Shown: positions 26,801 through 36,880, counted from the first letter of the stretch. The stretch is 39,189 nt of DNA from an uncultured Flavobacteriales bacterium (GCA_938092195.1 CALKHD010000201.1:1-39189); one strand, 5' to 3'. Translations and numbers: made by a program. The notes: a model not told the origin generated them from the letters alone.

Positions 26801-29800
26801 TTTGATCGCAAGTGGCTGTGGTTTCATTGCCGCAGTTGTCGATGGCGACGGCGGTGAATGTCCGGATAAAGCTGAACGTTCCAACACACGTGGTGGTGGT
26901 GTCGTGGTCCACCCATGTCAATTCCACATCGGGGGCAGCTCCACCGCAATTGTCGGTGGCGGTGACCTCTGCCAGACCAAGGGCCTCCACAGAGAGGTCA
27001 GCGGTACAATCGTCTCCGGCGGCGACCACCACATCTTCTGGACAGGTCATTTCCACCACAGGTGGGGTATCGTCGTAGAGTTCGATGAATTGCTCGAACA
27101 TGTTTGCGTTTCCGCAATCATCCGAGAAGGTGTAGGTGCGCATGTACATGCCCACAGGCTGCACGCAACCACCGGAGAAAGGGGTATCGAAGAACGTCAC
27201 TGTGACTTCAGAACCACAGGCATCCTCCACCTCAATCAGGATGTTCTCGGGAACGATCTCGTCACCGTACTCCTCACAGGAGAGGGACAGGGTCATGTCG
27301 CCGTTCAAAACAACCGGAGCCACATCGTCAAAGACGGTGATGGTCTGTTGCACCAGGGTCTGGTTGCCACAGTCGTCCACAAAGGTCCACGTGCGGTCCA
27401 CCTGGAACGCGCCTGCACAACTCTGGTTGTAGAGGCTGTCCTCCACCCAGCTCCAAGCCACATCGGTGTCGAAGTTGTCGGTGGCGCTGAATTCGCCATA
27501 AGTGGCGTCAGCATCGTACTCCGCGCAAGGCAGGGTCACGTCTTCCACGCTGGCCATGGGCCCGAGGTTGTCGACCAAAGTGATCATCTGCTCGCAGGAT
27601 GCGGCATTGTCACAGAAGTCCACAGCAGTGAAGGTCCGGGTGAAGGTCATGGTGCCTTCAGCCAAGTCATCATCGGCTTCGCAATCGACCATGAAGTCAG
27701 AGTCCACATAAGTGATGTCGATCTGGGTCAGGTCGGAGCAATTGTCGGTGGCCACAGCGGTTCCAAGAACCGCAGTAGTGGTGTCACTGGCAAAGTCCTG
27801 GTCCATGACCAACAAGGTGTCTGCCGGGCAGGTGATTTCAGGAGCCACTTCGTCAAAGAGCGCGATGTACTGCTCGGCCAATGTGGTGTTTCCACAATCG
27901 TCCTCAGCGGTCCATATGCGCATCCAGCTTCCTGGGCATGCACCGCTCAACGGCCATGCTTCGATGGTGATGGTGAGTTCTCCATCGCAGTTGTCGAAGG
28001 CCTCGATGGGCACTTGAGTGGGGTCAAGCGGGTCGGTCAGCAGCTCACAAGAGATGGACTGATAAGGTGTGAAGTTGTTGAACGTCGGAGCGGTCTCATC
28101 CAAAGCCGTGATGGTCTGAATGCAAGACAAGGTGTCGCTGGAGTTTCCACAGGCGTCCACAGACCATGCCTGATAGGTGCGCTCAAAGCTGTAGCTGCCA
28201 TCGGCGCTGCCGTCGGAGCCATCGCACAAAGGAGTGGATGGGCCATCGCTGTGCGTATAGAAGGTAGCTGGGGCGGTGTCGCACCCATCTTCTGCCACAA
28301 CCGTGGGCACCCCAAAGAGGCCTTCAGAAACATCTGCTGTGCAATCCTCACCCAGGACAACCGTCGCGTCGGCAGGGCATTCGAGCAGGGTAATGACCGG
28401 TGCAGTAATGTCCTCTACAGTGAGGATTTGGGTGCAGCTGGCCTCTGCAGTATTGCCGCAGTGGTCCGTTGACACGGCAAAGAAGGTCCGTGTGATCACG
28501 TACGTTCCGCTGCTGTCGGTGCAGGTGTAGTCTGGTGCGCTGTCCTCAATGGTGTAAGAGAGAACAGGAGCGGAGTCACAGTTGTCTGTGCTGGAAATCT
28601 CAACCTCTCCAGATTGCGTGGGGTCGAGTTCGCCATTGCAAGCGTCGTCGAGCTGCACGGTAATGTCCGCTGGGCAGGTGATGTCGATGGTGGGGGCCAC
28701 CGTGTCGATCATCAGAATGAACTGGTGGGTGGTGGTGGAATTGCCGCATTCATCGATGACTGTGTAGGCCACGTCCCAGGTGGGCACAGGCAACACGCAA
28801 CCACCAGACATGGGCTCGCAGTCCACAAACGCAGTGTCGATGCCGCAGTTGTCGGTCCAGCTTACAAATCCAAGGTCGGCCAGCTCATCAATGTCACACG
28901 ACCAAGCGTCGCACGCCATTTCCGTTTGGGTGGCGCTCAAGGTGATCACAGGAGCCTGTTGATCCACAACCTCGATGAGTTGGATGCCCGTTTCCATGGC
29001 GGTGTTTCCACAGCTGTCTGCTGCAGTCGCACTCCAACGGCGCTCAATGGTGTAACAACCGGCAGATGTGCTGTCGACAACCACGTCGAGGTAGGTCAAT
29101 TCTCCAGCATCAAAGGCACAGTTGTCTGAGTATGACACCTGAGCAGATCCGGTCATGTCGGTCGACAAGTCGGCTTCGCAGAGCGCAGTCACCGAGACTT
29201 CAAGATCGCCAGGCAACACGAGGTCAATTTCTGGAGCCACATTGTCTTCAATGTGGATGAGTTGCGTGCAGTAGGTCACATTGTCGAACAGGTCGGTGGC
29301 AGACCAAGTCCGCTCCAACGTGTAACATGCACTGGATGTCTCGTCCACCAATTCCTCTCCGAGGTAGGCCACAACGGGGCTTCCTTCGTCGGTGCAGTTG
29401 TCGGTGGCCGTCAGCACTGCAGGGGCAGGAATTTCCTCGCCACAAGCGATGACGGTATCGGCAGGACAATCGTCAAACAATGGAGCGGTCTCATCGAGGC
29501 GGCAGATTTGCTGCGTCACATTGATGGCTCCACAGCTGTCGTCAAAGACTGTGTAGATGTTGGTCACACATGGCTCCTCTGGATCTGGCGTGACAGCTTC
29601 AAGCGAGAGGTCCACAATCACGTCACCCAAGGCGCCGCTGACTTCGACACCGTCGATGACTCCTTCCCAGCCAAACCAACCGCCGAGACCGAAGTCACAG
29701 TTGTGGTCGTTGGCGCCAAGGCCGACTTGGAATCCGAAATAACCGTTGCTGGGGGCGTGGTTCAGTTGCAAGTTGCTGCCTTCATAATCGCCAGTACCGT

Positions 29801-32800
29801 TCAAGAAGCTTTGGTCGCTCTTGAGCATGTACATGTCCCATTCGTCGAACGGAAGGTCATTGCAGGTGTAGATGTACTTGAATCCTTTGCCCATGGCGGC
29901 CCATTCGGCACCACTCACACGGTCGTTGAACACATAAAACACCTCGAACCCTTGGTTGTGGTTGAGCTCGTTGACCACATGGCCGGTGAGCGTAGCCACT
30001 CCGTTTCCGAATTGCGTGAACTGAAGGCCGTCTTCGGTTTCCACGAAGTAGTCAGAAGCCGCAAGTCCTTGGTTGGCCAACCCATAAATGCGGATCGCCG
30101 CATCGGGGCCCATGCCGAATGCCGTAGTAGCCTCGCCCGTCAGGTATGGCTGGGTGTATGGCGTAGAAACGCAGGCCACCTCGTTGTACTCTTCACCCGT
30201 GCAGTTGTTCAATGCAGAGGTCGGGTTTTCGCAAGTGATGCCTTCCAGGTCTTCGATGCATTCCAAGGTGTAATCGTTGATCGGAGGATCGAACGAAAGG
30301 CACTCAGGGTCGCAGTCGTCAAGCTCGAGCGGGTCGCCGTTGCAGTCGAATCCAACTTCGGCATAGAAACAGGTTCCGTCGTCATCGGTGGCGTCAGCGC
30401 TGTAGTTACAGGCGTCCTCTTCGGTACATCCGGGCACCTCAAGTTCATCGCAAATTCCGTCTTCGTCGGCGTCAGCCAGGCAGTTGCCTTCGCAATCGAG
30501 GTAATCCTCGGCATACGTACAAAGTGTGTTGTCTTCGTCAGTGGCGTCCGCATCATAGTTGCAGGCCAGTTCATCTCCGCAACCCAACACTTCTGCTTCG
30601 TCGCAAACTCCGTCTCCATCTAAGTCGGACAAACACTCGCAATCGCAGTCATAGTAGTCTGCTCCACAGAATTGTTCGGGGAAAACACACGTAGAGGGGA
30701 TGGTTGCGTTTTCGTTGTAGTTGCAAGCGGTTTCATCCATGCACCCTTCAATGGCCTCACCCGTCAGGTAGGGCAGCAAAGCGGGGTCGTCGAATGTGCC
30801 GAGCTCACCACCTTCTTGATCAGCGGTCAGGTCAAAGTCCAATTCGTACAAGGCACAATCGGCCGCATCAAAGAGCTCCAAGTCCACCGTTTGACCGGCT
30901 TCCAGGTAGAGGTTCATGTTCACATAGGAGTTGCCCTCGAAATCGAAGGTTGTCCCTGTGCCCACGACAATGTCGCCGGCAATGGCGATCACGGTGGCGC
31001 CGAAGACGGGCATCCCGTCTAGGGTCACGTTCGCAATCAAAGTGTTGGGGATCACGGGCAGCACGACCACATCTGTGTCGGGTTCGTTGCATGGATCAAA
31101 GGGGTCGCAAATGCCATCGCCATCGGTGTCGGCCAAGCAGTTTCCTTCGCAGTCAACTCCGGAATCTGCATAGGTGCAGGATCCGTTGTCAACGGTGGCC
31201 TCGTCATCGTAGTTGCAGGCCGCATCGTCTGTACAGCCTTCGCAGCTTGTGTAGTCGCAAGAGCTGTCGTTGTCTGTGGCGAGATCGTCGTAGTTGCAGG
31301 CACTTTCATCGGTGCAGCCACCCACTTCATCTTCGTCACAAACGCCATCTTCATCGCTGTCGTTCAAGCAAGCTCCATCGCAGTCTACGTTGTCGACTCC
31401 GTAGAGGTCGATGGCATAAACACACAGCGTGTTGTCCGTATCAACGACAGGGTCGTCGTTGTAGTTGCAGGCTTCTGAATCGGTGCAATCTGTGGATTCG
31501 TCATCATCACAAACGCCATCTTCATCGCTGTCTGTGAGGCAGTTTCCATCGCAATCCACATTGTCGACTCCATAAAGGTCAAGGGGGTAGGTGCAAGAAT
31601 CGTCGTCATCGGTGGCCAAGGCATCGTAGTTGCAGGCCTCTTCTTCGGTGCACCCAGGCACTTCGTCTTCGTCACAAACGCCATCTTCATCGGCGTCAGC
31701 GAGGCAGTTTCCATCGCAATCGAGTCCGGCTTCGGCATAGGTGCAGGAGGCATCGTCCACGTTGGCTGCGTCATTGTAGTTACAAGCAGCCTCGTCGGTG
31801 CATCCCAGCACAGCGTCGTCGCCAAGGAAGGGCAAGTTGCCGGGGGAACTGAAGGTGGAGAGTTCCTGACCTTCTGCCTCCACTTCAATGGTGAGGTCCA
31901 AGCCATAGAGTTCACATTCAGCTTCGTCGAACAATTCAAACGTCACGGCGTCGCCCGTGGAGACATACAAGGTCATGCTGACCCAGGACCCACCCTCGTA
32001 ATCAAAGGCTTCATCCACACCCACGGTCTCACCATTCACCAAAGCGAGCACGGTCATTCCCACGACGGGCTGACCATTCAGGCTGACTTCGGCGATGTAC
32101 GTGGCGGGAACCACTGGAAGAACAGCGGGAGTCAGATCGGGGTCTGCACAAGGGTCGAATTCATCACAAATGCCGTCTTCGTCGCTGTCGTTCAGACAGT
32201 TTCCGTCGCAATCGTAGCCGTCAACCGGGCCGTCTCCATTGCACACACCGCATTCGTCCAGCGCGCCAATGCAGTCGTCTACATCATCACAGATGCCATC
32301 TGAGTCAGCGTCAGCGGTGCACCCGCCGTTGCAGACGCCCAGGGCATCCAAGGTGTTTCCGTCGCAGTCGCACGCTCCGTCAGCAATGCCAGAACCTCCG
32401 CACACGTCGCATTCGTCCAACTGCAAGCAGGATCCGTTGTCATCGGTGGCGGCAGCGTTGTAGTTGCAGGCGGTTTCGTCGGTACATCCACCGACTTCAA
32501 ACTCGTCACAAACGCCATCTTCGTCGCTGTCATTGAGGCAGTTGCCGTCACAGTCATATCCAGCCTCCGCATAGGCACAAGAACCATCGGCAATGGTGGC
32601 AGTCGCGTCGTAGTTGCAAGCCAGTTCGTCGGTACAACCTGCGCACGACTCAAAGTCACAAGAGTTGTCGTCGTCGGTCGCCAGAGGGTTGTAGTTGCAG
32701 GCTTCTGAATCGGTGCAGCCTCCCACTTCAAACTCATCGCAAATGCCATCGGTGTCGGTGTCATTCAAGCAATCGCCATCGCAGTCATAACCCGCATCCG

Positions 32801-33803
32801 CGAAGGTGCATGAGTCATCGGAAATGGTGGCGGTTTCGTCGTAGTTGCAAGCGAGGTCATCTGTACAACCGGCGCAGGACACAAACTCGCATGAGCTGTC
32901 GTCGTCGGTGGCCAAAGCATCGTAGTTGCAGGCCGCTGAATCTGTGCAACCCGCCACTTCAAACTCATCGCAAATGCCATCGAGATCGGTGTCATTCAGA
33001 CAATCGCCATCACAATCATAGCCGTCCTCGGCGTAGGTGCAGGTGCCATCGTCGTCGGTGGCAGCCTCATCATAATTGCAAGCCAGGGGATCCACACAAC
33101 CGTCAACAGCTGCGCCGCCAAAGAAGAAGGTGTCTCTGAATTCTGTGGCTCCGTTTCCATTGATGAAAACCTGACAATAGACTTGACCGCTGATTTCACC
33201 TGTGGTGGTGAATTGACCAACGAGAACCTTCAAGTCGGAACCAGCAATTCCATTGGAGTCTCCATTCAGGGCGTACCAAGCGCCACCAATGAGGTCGTCG
33301 ATGGCCAGGTTTCCACCTGCTATGCCCCCACCGGGATCGAAGTTGGTGAGCCAGGGGTTGTCCGTGGCTTGCACCGTGCTGACGTTTCCTTCACCAGCCA
33401 TGGCGTTGGGTGCTCCTTCGATGCCAATGGTGATCCAGCTGTCATACTCAAGGTCGGGGTATACACCGAAGAGAAGGCTGTTGATGCCGTTCGGCGTGCC
33501 CGCACCCAAAATCGCATGGTAGAAATCGGTTGTGGTGTTCACATACGTTGGATTGATCAAGTCACCAGAAACAGAAGACATGAAGTCGTCTTCGTTGTTC
33601 ATCTCTACATAAAGACGGGTGCAGCTGTAGCCGGTCATGTCGGTAACACCAAGGGCGCCCACGAGCATTCCAATGTCTTCAGCCACCACTTCCGTAGAAA
33701 TCTCGTACCCCTCAGGAGCAGGAGAAGACAACATGGGTCGGGCAGAAAGAGAAAAACAGGCGCTGGTGAGAAGCAGGCTTAAAAAGAAGCGGTAAGGAAA
33801 CAT
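23862..33803 (-). CDS. giant (3,313 aa) repeat-rich cell-surface protein with T9SS C-terminal sorting domain
   Basis: Single uninterrupted ORF. Sec signal peptide [28 protein letters not shown]3-like Cys modules, HYR-like units (...ATDNC...TRTWTA-x-D-x-CGN...) and a Por/T9SS-type tail ([16 protein letters not shown]...[20 protein letters not shown]). Confidence 0.9.
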   Translation of the reverse strand: MFPYRFFLSLLLTSACFSLSARPMLSSPAPEGYEISTEVVAEDIGMLVGALGVTDMTGYSCTRLYVEMNNEDDFMSSVSGDLINPTYVNTTTDFYHAILGAGTPNGINSLLFGVYPDLEYDSWITIGIEGAPNAMAGEGNVSTVQATDNPWLTNFDPGGGIAGGNLAIDDLIGGAWYALNGDSNGIAGSDLKVLVGQFTTTGEISGQVYCQVFINGNGATEFRDTFFFGGAAVDGCVDPLACNYDEAATDDDGTCTYAEDGYDCDGDCLNDTDLDGICDEFEVAGCTDSAACNYDALATDDDSSCEFVSCAGCTDDLACNYDETATISDDSCTFADAGYDCDGDCLNDTDTDGICDEFEVGGCTDSEACNYNPLATDDDNSCDFESCAGCTDELACNYDATATIADGSCAYAEAGYDCDGNCLNDSDEDGVCDEFEVGGCTDETACNYNAAATDDNGSCLQLDECDVCGGSGIADGACDCDGNTLDALGVCNGGCTADADSDGICDDVDDCIGALDECGVCNGDGPVDGYDCDGNCLNDSDEDGICDEFDPCADPDLTPAVLPVVPATYIAEVSLNGQPVVGMTVLALVNGETVGVDEAFDYEGGSWVSMTLYVSTGDAVTFELFDEAECELYGLDLTIEVEAEGQELSTFSSPGNLPFLGDDAVLGCTDEAACNYNDAANVDDASCTYAEAGLDCDGNCLADADEDGVCDEDEVPGCTEEEACNYDALATDDDDSCTYPLDLYGVDNVDCDGNCLTDSDEDGVCDDDESTDCTDSEACNYNDDPVVDTDNTLCVYAIDLYGVDNVDCDGACLNDSDEDGVCDEDEVGGCTDESACNYDDLATDNDSSCDYTSCEGCTDDAACNYDDEATVDNGSCTYADSGVDCEGNCLADTDGDGICDPFDPCNEPDTDVVVLPVIPNTLIANVTLDGMPVFGATVIAIAGDIVVGTGTTFDFEGNSYVNMNLYLEAGQTVDLELFDAADCALYELDFDLTADQEGGELGTFDDPALLPYLTGEAIEGCMDETACNYNENATIPSTCVFPEQFCGADYYDCDCECLSDLDGDGVCDEAEVLGCGDELACNYDADATDEDNTLCTYAEDYLDCEGNCLADADEDGICDELEVPGCTEEDACNYSADATDDDGTCFYAEVGFDCNGDPLELDDCDPECLSFDPPINDYTLECIEDLEGITCENPTSALNNCTGEEYNEVACVSTPYTQPYLTGEATTAFGMGPDAAIRIYGLANQGLAASDYFVETEDGLQFTQFGNGVATLTGHVVNELNHNQGFEVFYVFNDRVSGAEWAAMGKGFKYIYTCNDLPFDEWDMYMLKSDQSFLNGTGDYEGSNLQLNHAPSNGYFGFQVGLGANDHNCDFGLGGWFGWEGVIDGVEVSGALGDVIVDLSLEAVTPDPEEPCVTNIYTVFDDSCGAINVTQQICRLDETAPLFDDCPADTVIACGEEIPAPAVLTATDNCTDEGSPVVAYLGEELVDETSSACYTLERTWSATDLFDNVTYCTQLIHIEDNVAPEIDLVLPGDLEVSVTALCEADLSTDMTGSAQVSYSDNCAFDAGELTYLDVVVDSTSAGCYTIERRWSATAADSCGNTAMETGIQLIEVVDQQAPVITLSATQTEMACDAWSCDIDELADLGFVSWTDNCGIDTAFVDCEPMSGGCVLPVPTWDVAYTVIDECGNSTTTHQFILMIDTVAPTIDITCPADITVQLDDACNGELDPTQSGEVEISSTDNCDSAPVLSYTIEDSAPDYTCTDSSGTYVITRTFFAVSTDHCGNTAEASCTQILTVEDITAPVITLLECPADATVVLGEDCTADVSEGLFGVPTVVAEDGCDTAPATFYTHSDGPSTPLCDGSDGSADGSYSFERTYQAWSVDACGNSSDTLSCIQTITALDETAPTFNNFTPYQSISCELLTDPLDPTQVPIEAFDNCDGELTITIEAWPLSGACPGSWMRIWTAEDDCGNTTLAEQYIALFDEVAPEITCPADTLLVMDQDFASDTTTAVLGTAVATDNCSDLTQIDITYVDSDFMVDCEADDDLAEGTMTFTRTFTAVDFCDNAASCEQMITLVDNLGPMASVEDVTLPCAEYDADATYGEFSATDNFDTDVAWSWVEDSLYNQSCAGAFQVDRTWTFVDDCGNQTLVQQTITVFDDVAPVVLNGDMTLSLSCEEYGDEIVPENILIEVEDACGSEVTVTFFDTPFSGGCVQPVGMYMRTYTFSDDCGNANMFEQFIELYDDTPPVVEMTCPEDVVVAAGDDCTADLSVEALGLAEVTATDNCGGAAPDVELTWVDHDTTTTCVGTFSFIRTFTAVAIDNCGNETTATCDQTVGASDVTAPSFVEALPESATVACDDVPEAAVLTATDACDDAPMVSFSETLSDDDDCASNYVLTRTWTATDACGNDVQHEQTLTVVDETAPEWTSELPADTTVSCDAVPAPVSMEASDNCDLELEITFNEGVMDGDCAQGQTITRTWSTMDCAGNSLSHVQVIAVVDTTAPVIDGELTLDIPCTEWGMDTLYAEVTDNCDTSIELELLSEAEFSGSCAGSYLLTYVAVDQCGNTDTLIQSVNLIDTEAPVFTFIPQDTTMSCDNDYTVGSLGAAEAVDNCDSDVEIAYTDSIDYINGCAGTAEVTRTWTAEDECGNVKTVLQLITLTDGTSPEFVEELPMDMTVACDDIPLAVILTAEDNCDPEVSLTFTETQEDDDLCPSDYVITRVWNLVDCAGNQNSHTQVLTVVDTVAPTFTAGPMDLTAACDAVPAPDGVMSLQADDNCDAALTYTYVGETFEGGDCEDGYTLTREWSATDCSGNSSAWLQTITVIDTVAPALSVAFANGSAAQDTTVSCLDEVPVLEASALDACDADPELTSSVDTLGLDGCGNATLAYHFEAVDNCGNLSSSTITVTVSDETAPLWLDVCGIENGGTVQVCAEDHEGDVLLPSTDACDVSAVDNCGGEVSLEMTTTVLGAYAPNDSVDQYCTSVTPEAFSSEETCNGYETHAVRMFNFAGGEFYSTVGEGIVSQLPNGDWMIEETVVDNANPDAGWHVTFTLTDGLDFDAWSDQDFPTSYKQDCENLFDDHENWTYWFLSQGTLTGWGDYDGSFLNCTHQPANQFYRFQVGLGANNMNNHYGYSGWFNYSGTHQNASVMGSGDFFGDLDCTLPYQIEYDYTATDCSGNQSEFGYTVNITGDVCDPDEIGNGLVGSGNAGDANLVDEATAQAESRGDIQVSHISPNPTQDHARIGFNVQKSMRLDVKLFNATGMYIGTLFSGNVEKSQAYTLDIPAYQLESGVYQVRMSSNNVSIVKQFMVTE
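23865..24134 (-). other. T9SS (Por) C-terminal sorting domain of the giant protein
   Basis: The last ~90 aa fit the type-A CTD pattern: [IV]-x-P-N-P near the start, alternating beta-strand hydrophobics, G-x-Y in the penultimate strand, and an end within a few residues of the last strand. Confidence 0.75.
24880..29495 (-). repeat. array of about 18 HYR-like / Ig-like units (75-105 aa each) inside the giant CDS
   Basis: Manual count of unit boundaries with the recurring D-x-x-A-P linker (DETAP, DNVAP, DQQAP, DTVAP, DITAP...). Each is followed by C-P-x-D..., ...A-x-D-N-C... and ...T-R-T-[WF]-T-A-x-D-x-C-G-N. Units are diverged at the DNA level. Confidence 0.6.
30300..33105 (-). repeat. ACNY-motif / thrombospondin-type-3-like cysteine module region of the giant CDS
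   Basis: By manual count, 14 copies of G-C-x-[DE]-x-x-A-C-N-Y-[DNS]-x(3-6)-[DN]-x-x-C. They interleave with 11 copies of C-[DE]-G-x-C-L-x-D-x-D-x-D-G-[IV]-C-D-[ED]. Confidence 0.75.
32491..32954 (-). repeat. two consecutive 231-bp (77-aa) tandem units
   Basis: The anchor string ACTTCAAACTC recurs at 32494, 32725 and 32956, an exact 231-nt period. A 28-nt identical run, CACTTCAAACTCATCGCAAATGCCATCG, starts at both 32724 and 32955. Confidence 0.75.
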
Positions 33804-33900
33804 CTGCTAGATTATATCAGGTTCAATTGCAATAAAGCGTCTACGAATATCGCGAATTAATCGACCAAATACAAATTATTTAGGATTTGTCGAAGAAAAA
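33804..33900 (-). promoter_or_regulatory. AT-rich putative promoter/leader region of the giant CDS
   Basis: The only markedly AT-rich stretch in the window. The minus strand contains TATAAT 7 nt before the ATG and near-matches to TAnnTTTG (TAATTTG, TATTTG). There is no exact Bacteroidota consensus, so the call is weak. Confidence 0.3.
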
Positions 33901-33975
33901 CACAGATTCGCCGACACAATAGAGTCCCCGGGCGACACCCACGGGTGCCACCGAATCCACTGAACAGAAAGGGGG

Positions 33976-36783
33976 TTAGCCTACGATGTTGATGATGCGA
34001 CCAGGCACCACAATGATTTTCTTGGGGCTGCGGCCTTGAAGCTGCTTGGCCGTCCGTTCGTCTTGCAAAACAGCCGACTCCACGTCTGCAGGGGCCGTGT
34101 CTGAAGGAACACTGAACTGAAAACGAACCTTCCCGTTGAATTGAACGGGGTAGGTGGTTTCGGATTCAACCAGCTTTTCAGCGTCCCATTTGGGCCAAGG
34201 GGCATCCACCACGAGGCCACTGCCTCCGCACAATTCCCAAAGCTCTTCGGCCATGTGAGGAGCATACGGGGCGACCAAAGCCGCCAAAGGTTGAAGCAGT
34301 GCTCTCTGGTGGGCCTTGGCTTCGGTGAGTTCATTCACACCGATCATCATGGCGCTGACCACAGTGTTCCAGCTCAAGCGATCCAAGTCTTCAGTGACTT
34401 TTTTGATGGTTTTGTGCAGAGCGCGTTCCCCTTCCGGAGAGGGCTGCCCATCGTGTACCAAGGTTTCGCCATCGGCTCCGCGGTACAACCGACTCAGCTT
34501 CCTCAAAAAACCATGAACTCCATTGATTCCTTGCGTGTCCCAAGGCTTGGCCTGTTCTAAGGGGCCAAGGAACATCTCATAGCACCTGAGGGTGTCAGCC
34601 CCGTAACGCTCAACGAGGTCATCGGGATTCTCGACATTGAATTTGGACTTGGACATCTTCTCCACCTCGCTCCCACACCGGTATTCGCCTTTTTCATTGA
34701 GGGTGAATTCGGCATTGGCGAATTCCGGCCTCCACGCGCGGAATCCATCGAGGTCAAGGATGTCATTCTGAACCAAAGAGATGTCGACGTGAAGGCGTTG
34801 GGTGCGGTGTGACTTGCGCTGCTCGAACGTGACAAAAGTCTGGGTCCCTTCAATCCTGTATACAAAGCTGCTCCGTCCCAAAATCATCCCTTGGTTGATC
34901 ATTTTGGCAAAGGGCTCATCGAACCCGATGAGGTCCAGGTCAAACAAGAACTTGGTCCAGAAACGGCTGTACAACAAGTGGCCCGTTCCGTGCTCAGCGC
35001 CACCGATGTAGAGGTCCACCTGTCCCCAGTGGTCGCTTTTTTCCCGGCTGCAGAACGCGTTCTCATTGTGGGGGTCCATGTAGCGGAGGAAGTACCAACT
35101 GGAACCCGCCCATCCCGGCATGGTGTTGAACTCCATGCGGTCGCCCTGTTGGACGTTCCACTTTTCGGCGCGGGCCAATGGTGGCTCTCCCTCTTCTGTC
35201 GGCAGGTAAGCGTCGACTTCCGGAAGGAGGACGTGGTCGCCCTCGATCAGTTGCGGAATTTGATCGACATAGCAGACGGGGAAAGGCTCGCCCCAATAGC
35301 GCTGTCGACTGAACACAGCGTCCCGAAGGCGGTGGTTCACTTTGGGCTTAGCCAGCCCCGCCTCGGAAAGGAATGCCATGGCCTCGGGCAAGGCCTTGTG
35401 ACAGGTCATGCCGTTCCAATCTCCGCTGTTGCAGAGGACGGCGTTCTTGTCGGTTTCGGCTCCCTCCTCCAGGTTGTGACCTTCGAAAATCGGAGGGATG
35501 GACAGACCAAAAGCCCGGGCAAACTCCCAATCTCGCTGGTCACCTGCGGGCACGGCCATGACGGCGCCTGTTCCATAGCCCGCCAGAACATAGTCCGCGA
35601 TCCAAATGGGCATCAAATCTCCCGTCAGAGGGTGCGCTGCATGGGCGCCAGTGAAACAACCCGTCACCCCTCGGTCTCCCGCCATGCGCTCACGCTCACT
35701 TCGCGCGGCCGTTTCTACTTGGTAGGCTTGCACCTCAGCACGCTGCGACTCTGTGGTGATGTCGAGCACAAAAGGATGCTCTGGAGCGAGCACCAAAAAG
35801 CTCGCGCCGTGCAGGGTGTCGGGTCGGGTCGAGAACACCTCGATGTTGAGGCCTTGATGGCCCTCGATGTTGAACATCAATTGCGCTCCTGTGGAACGTC
35901 CAATCCAATTGCGTTGAACCTCTTTGATGCTGTCTGACCAATCGATGCGCTCCAAGCCATCAAGCAATCGGTCGGCATACGCAGTGATGCGCATCATCCA
36001 CTGGCGCATTTTCTTTCGCACCACTGGGTGTCCACCCCTTTCACTCAGGCCACCGATGACCTCGTCGTTGGCCAGAACAGTGCCCAACGCAGGGCACCAA
36101 TTGACTTCGCTGTCGGCGAGATAAGCCATGCGATAGGCCATGAGCAGGTCGCTTTTCCCCTTTTCGGAAAGCCCATTCCATTGTTGGGCAGAAAACACGC
36201 CTTCGAACCCTTCGCCAAAATGGAGTTCTCCAGCTTCGGTCAAAGTTTCTTCTCCCACGGCCCAATTCAGGTCGGCATTGCCTCGCTCCGCGAAGCGATC
36301 AGTCAGAGCAGATATGGGTGCCGCTTGATCCGCAGATTGGTCATAGCCATGCCCGAACAACTGAGAGAAGATCCATTGCGTCCAGCGGTAGTAATTCGGG
36401 CTGCTTGTGCGGACTTCGCGGCTCCAGTCGTAACTGAATCCAAGCAGGTCCAATTGACTGCGATAGCGCGAGATGTTTTGTTCGGTGGTGACGGCGGGGT
36501 GCTGGCCGGTCTGGATGGCATATTGCTCAGCCGGCAGCCCGAAGCTGTCATACCCCTGAGGGTGCAACACATTGAATCCACATTGTCGCTTGTAGCGAGC
36601 GACGACATCGGAAGCGATGTAGCCCAAGGGGTGTCCCACGTGCAGCCCCGCTCCACTGGGGTATGGGAACATGTCCAATACATAGTACTTGGGCTTGTCG
36701 TTCCGTTCCTGAGAAACGTACGTTCCGTCTGCTGTCCAGCGTGCCCGCCATTTGGCCTCGATGGCCTTGAAGTCATATTCCAT
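33976..36783 (-). CDS. leuS: leucine--tRNA ligase
   Basis: HIGH-type motif (PYPSGAGLHVGHPLGY), KMSKS motif (VEKMSKSK) and a CP1 editing region. Start placed at ATG 36783 (MEYDFKAIEAKW, the usual LeuS N-terminus) rather than 36843. Confidence 0.96.
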   Translation of the reverse strand: MEYDFKAIEAKWRARWTADGTYVSQERNDKPKYYVLDMFPYPSGAGLHVGHPLGYIASDVVARYKRQCGFNVLHPQGYDSFGLPAEQYAIQTGQHPAVTTEQNISRYRSQLDLLGFSYDWSREVRTSSPNYYRWTQWIFSQLFGHGYDQSADQAAPISALTDRFAERGNADLNWAVGEETLTEAGELHFGEGFEGVFSAQQWNGLSEKGKSDLLMAYRMAYLADSEVNWCPALGTVLANDEVIGGLSERGGHPVVRKKMRQWMMRITAYADRLLDGLERIDWSDSIKEVQRNWIGRSTGAQLMFNIEGHQGLNIEVFSTRPDTLHGASFLVLAPEHPFVLDITTESQRAEVQAYQVETAARSERERMAGDRGVTGCFTGAHAAHPLTGDLMPIWIADYVLAGYGTGAVMAVPAGDQRDWEFARAFGLSIPPIFEGHNLEEGAETDKNAVLCNSGDWNGMTCHKALPEAMAFLSEAGLAKPKVNHRLRDAVFSRQRYWGEPFPVCYVDQIPQLIEGDHVLLPEVDAYLPTEEGEPPLARAEKWNVQQGDRMEFNTMPGWAGSSWYFLRYMDPHNENAFCSREKSDHWGQVDLYIGGAEHGTGHLLYSRFWTKFLFDLDLIGFDEPFAKMINQGMILGRSSFVYRIEGTQTFVTFEQRKSHRTQRLHVDISLVQNDILDLDGFRAWRPEFANAEFTLNEKGEYRCGSEVEKMSKSKFNVENPDDLVERYGADTLRCYEMFLGPLEQAKPWDTQGINGVHGFLRKLSRLYRGADGETLVHDGQPSPEGERALHKTIKKVTEDLDRLSWNTVVSAMMIGVNELTEAKAHQRALLQPLAALVAPYAPHMAEELWELCGGSGLVVDAPWPKWDAEKLVESETTYPVQFNGKVRFQFSVPSDTAPADVESAVLQDERTAKQLQGRSPKKIIVVPGRIINIVG

Positions 36784-36880
36784 TGCCCGCGCGATGTGGT
36801 CGCGAAGATACCCCCGCAAAAGGGTGTGAAAATGCGCAGCCATTCTTCAGGAACAGGAGCACATTGTCGAACTTGTCCAT

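Noticed and set aside
26559-28472. Very long plus-strand ORFs inside the giant gene (637 aa here, also 29253..30623 at 456 aa, 30704..31537 and 22924..23946).
   Set aside because: They are antisense shadows. Their Val/Gly/His/Ala-rich, low-complexity translations mirror the Asp/Thr/Cys/Ala codons of the minus-strand gene. They show no motifs or signal peptides, and they overlap a gene with strong domain evidence.
22353-33803. Possible genomic island integrated at tRNA-Gln that carries the adhesin genes.
   Set aside because: There is no integrase, transposase, direct repeat of the tRNA 3' end or phage or conjugation gene. The large genes lie on the 5' side of the tRNA, not the usual 3' attachment side. 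By eye, composition matches the rest of the window.
23862-33803. Diversity-generating retroelement target, or phase-variable cassette switching, in the repeat protein.
   Set aside because: No reverse transcriptase, template repeat or invertase with inverted repeats is present in the window. Apart from the 231-bp units, the repeats are too diverged at the DNA level to suggest active cassette exchange.
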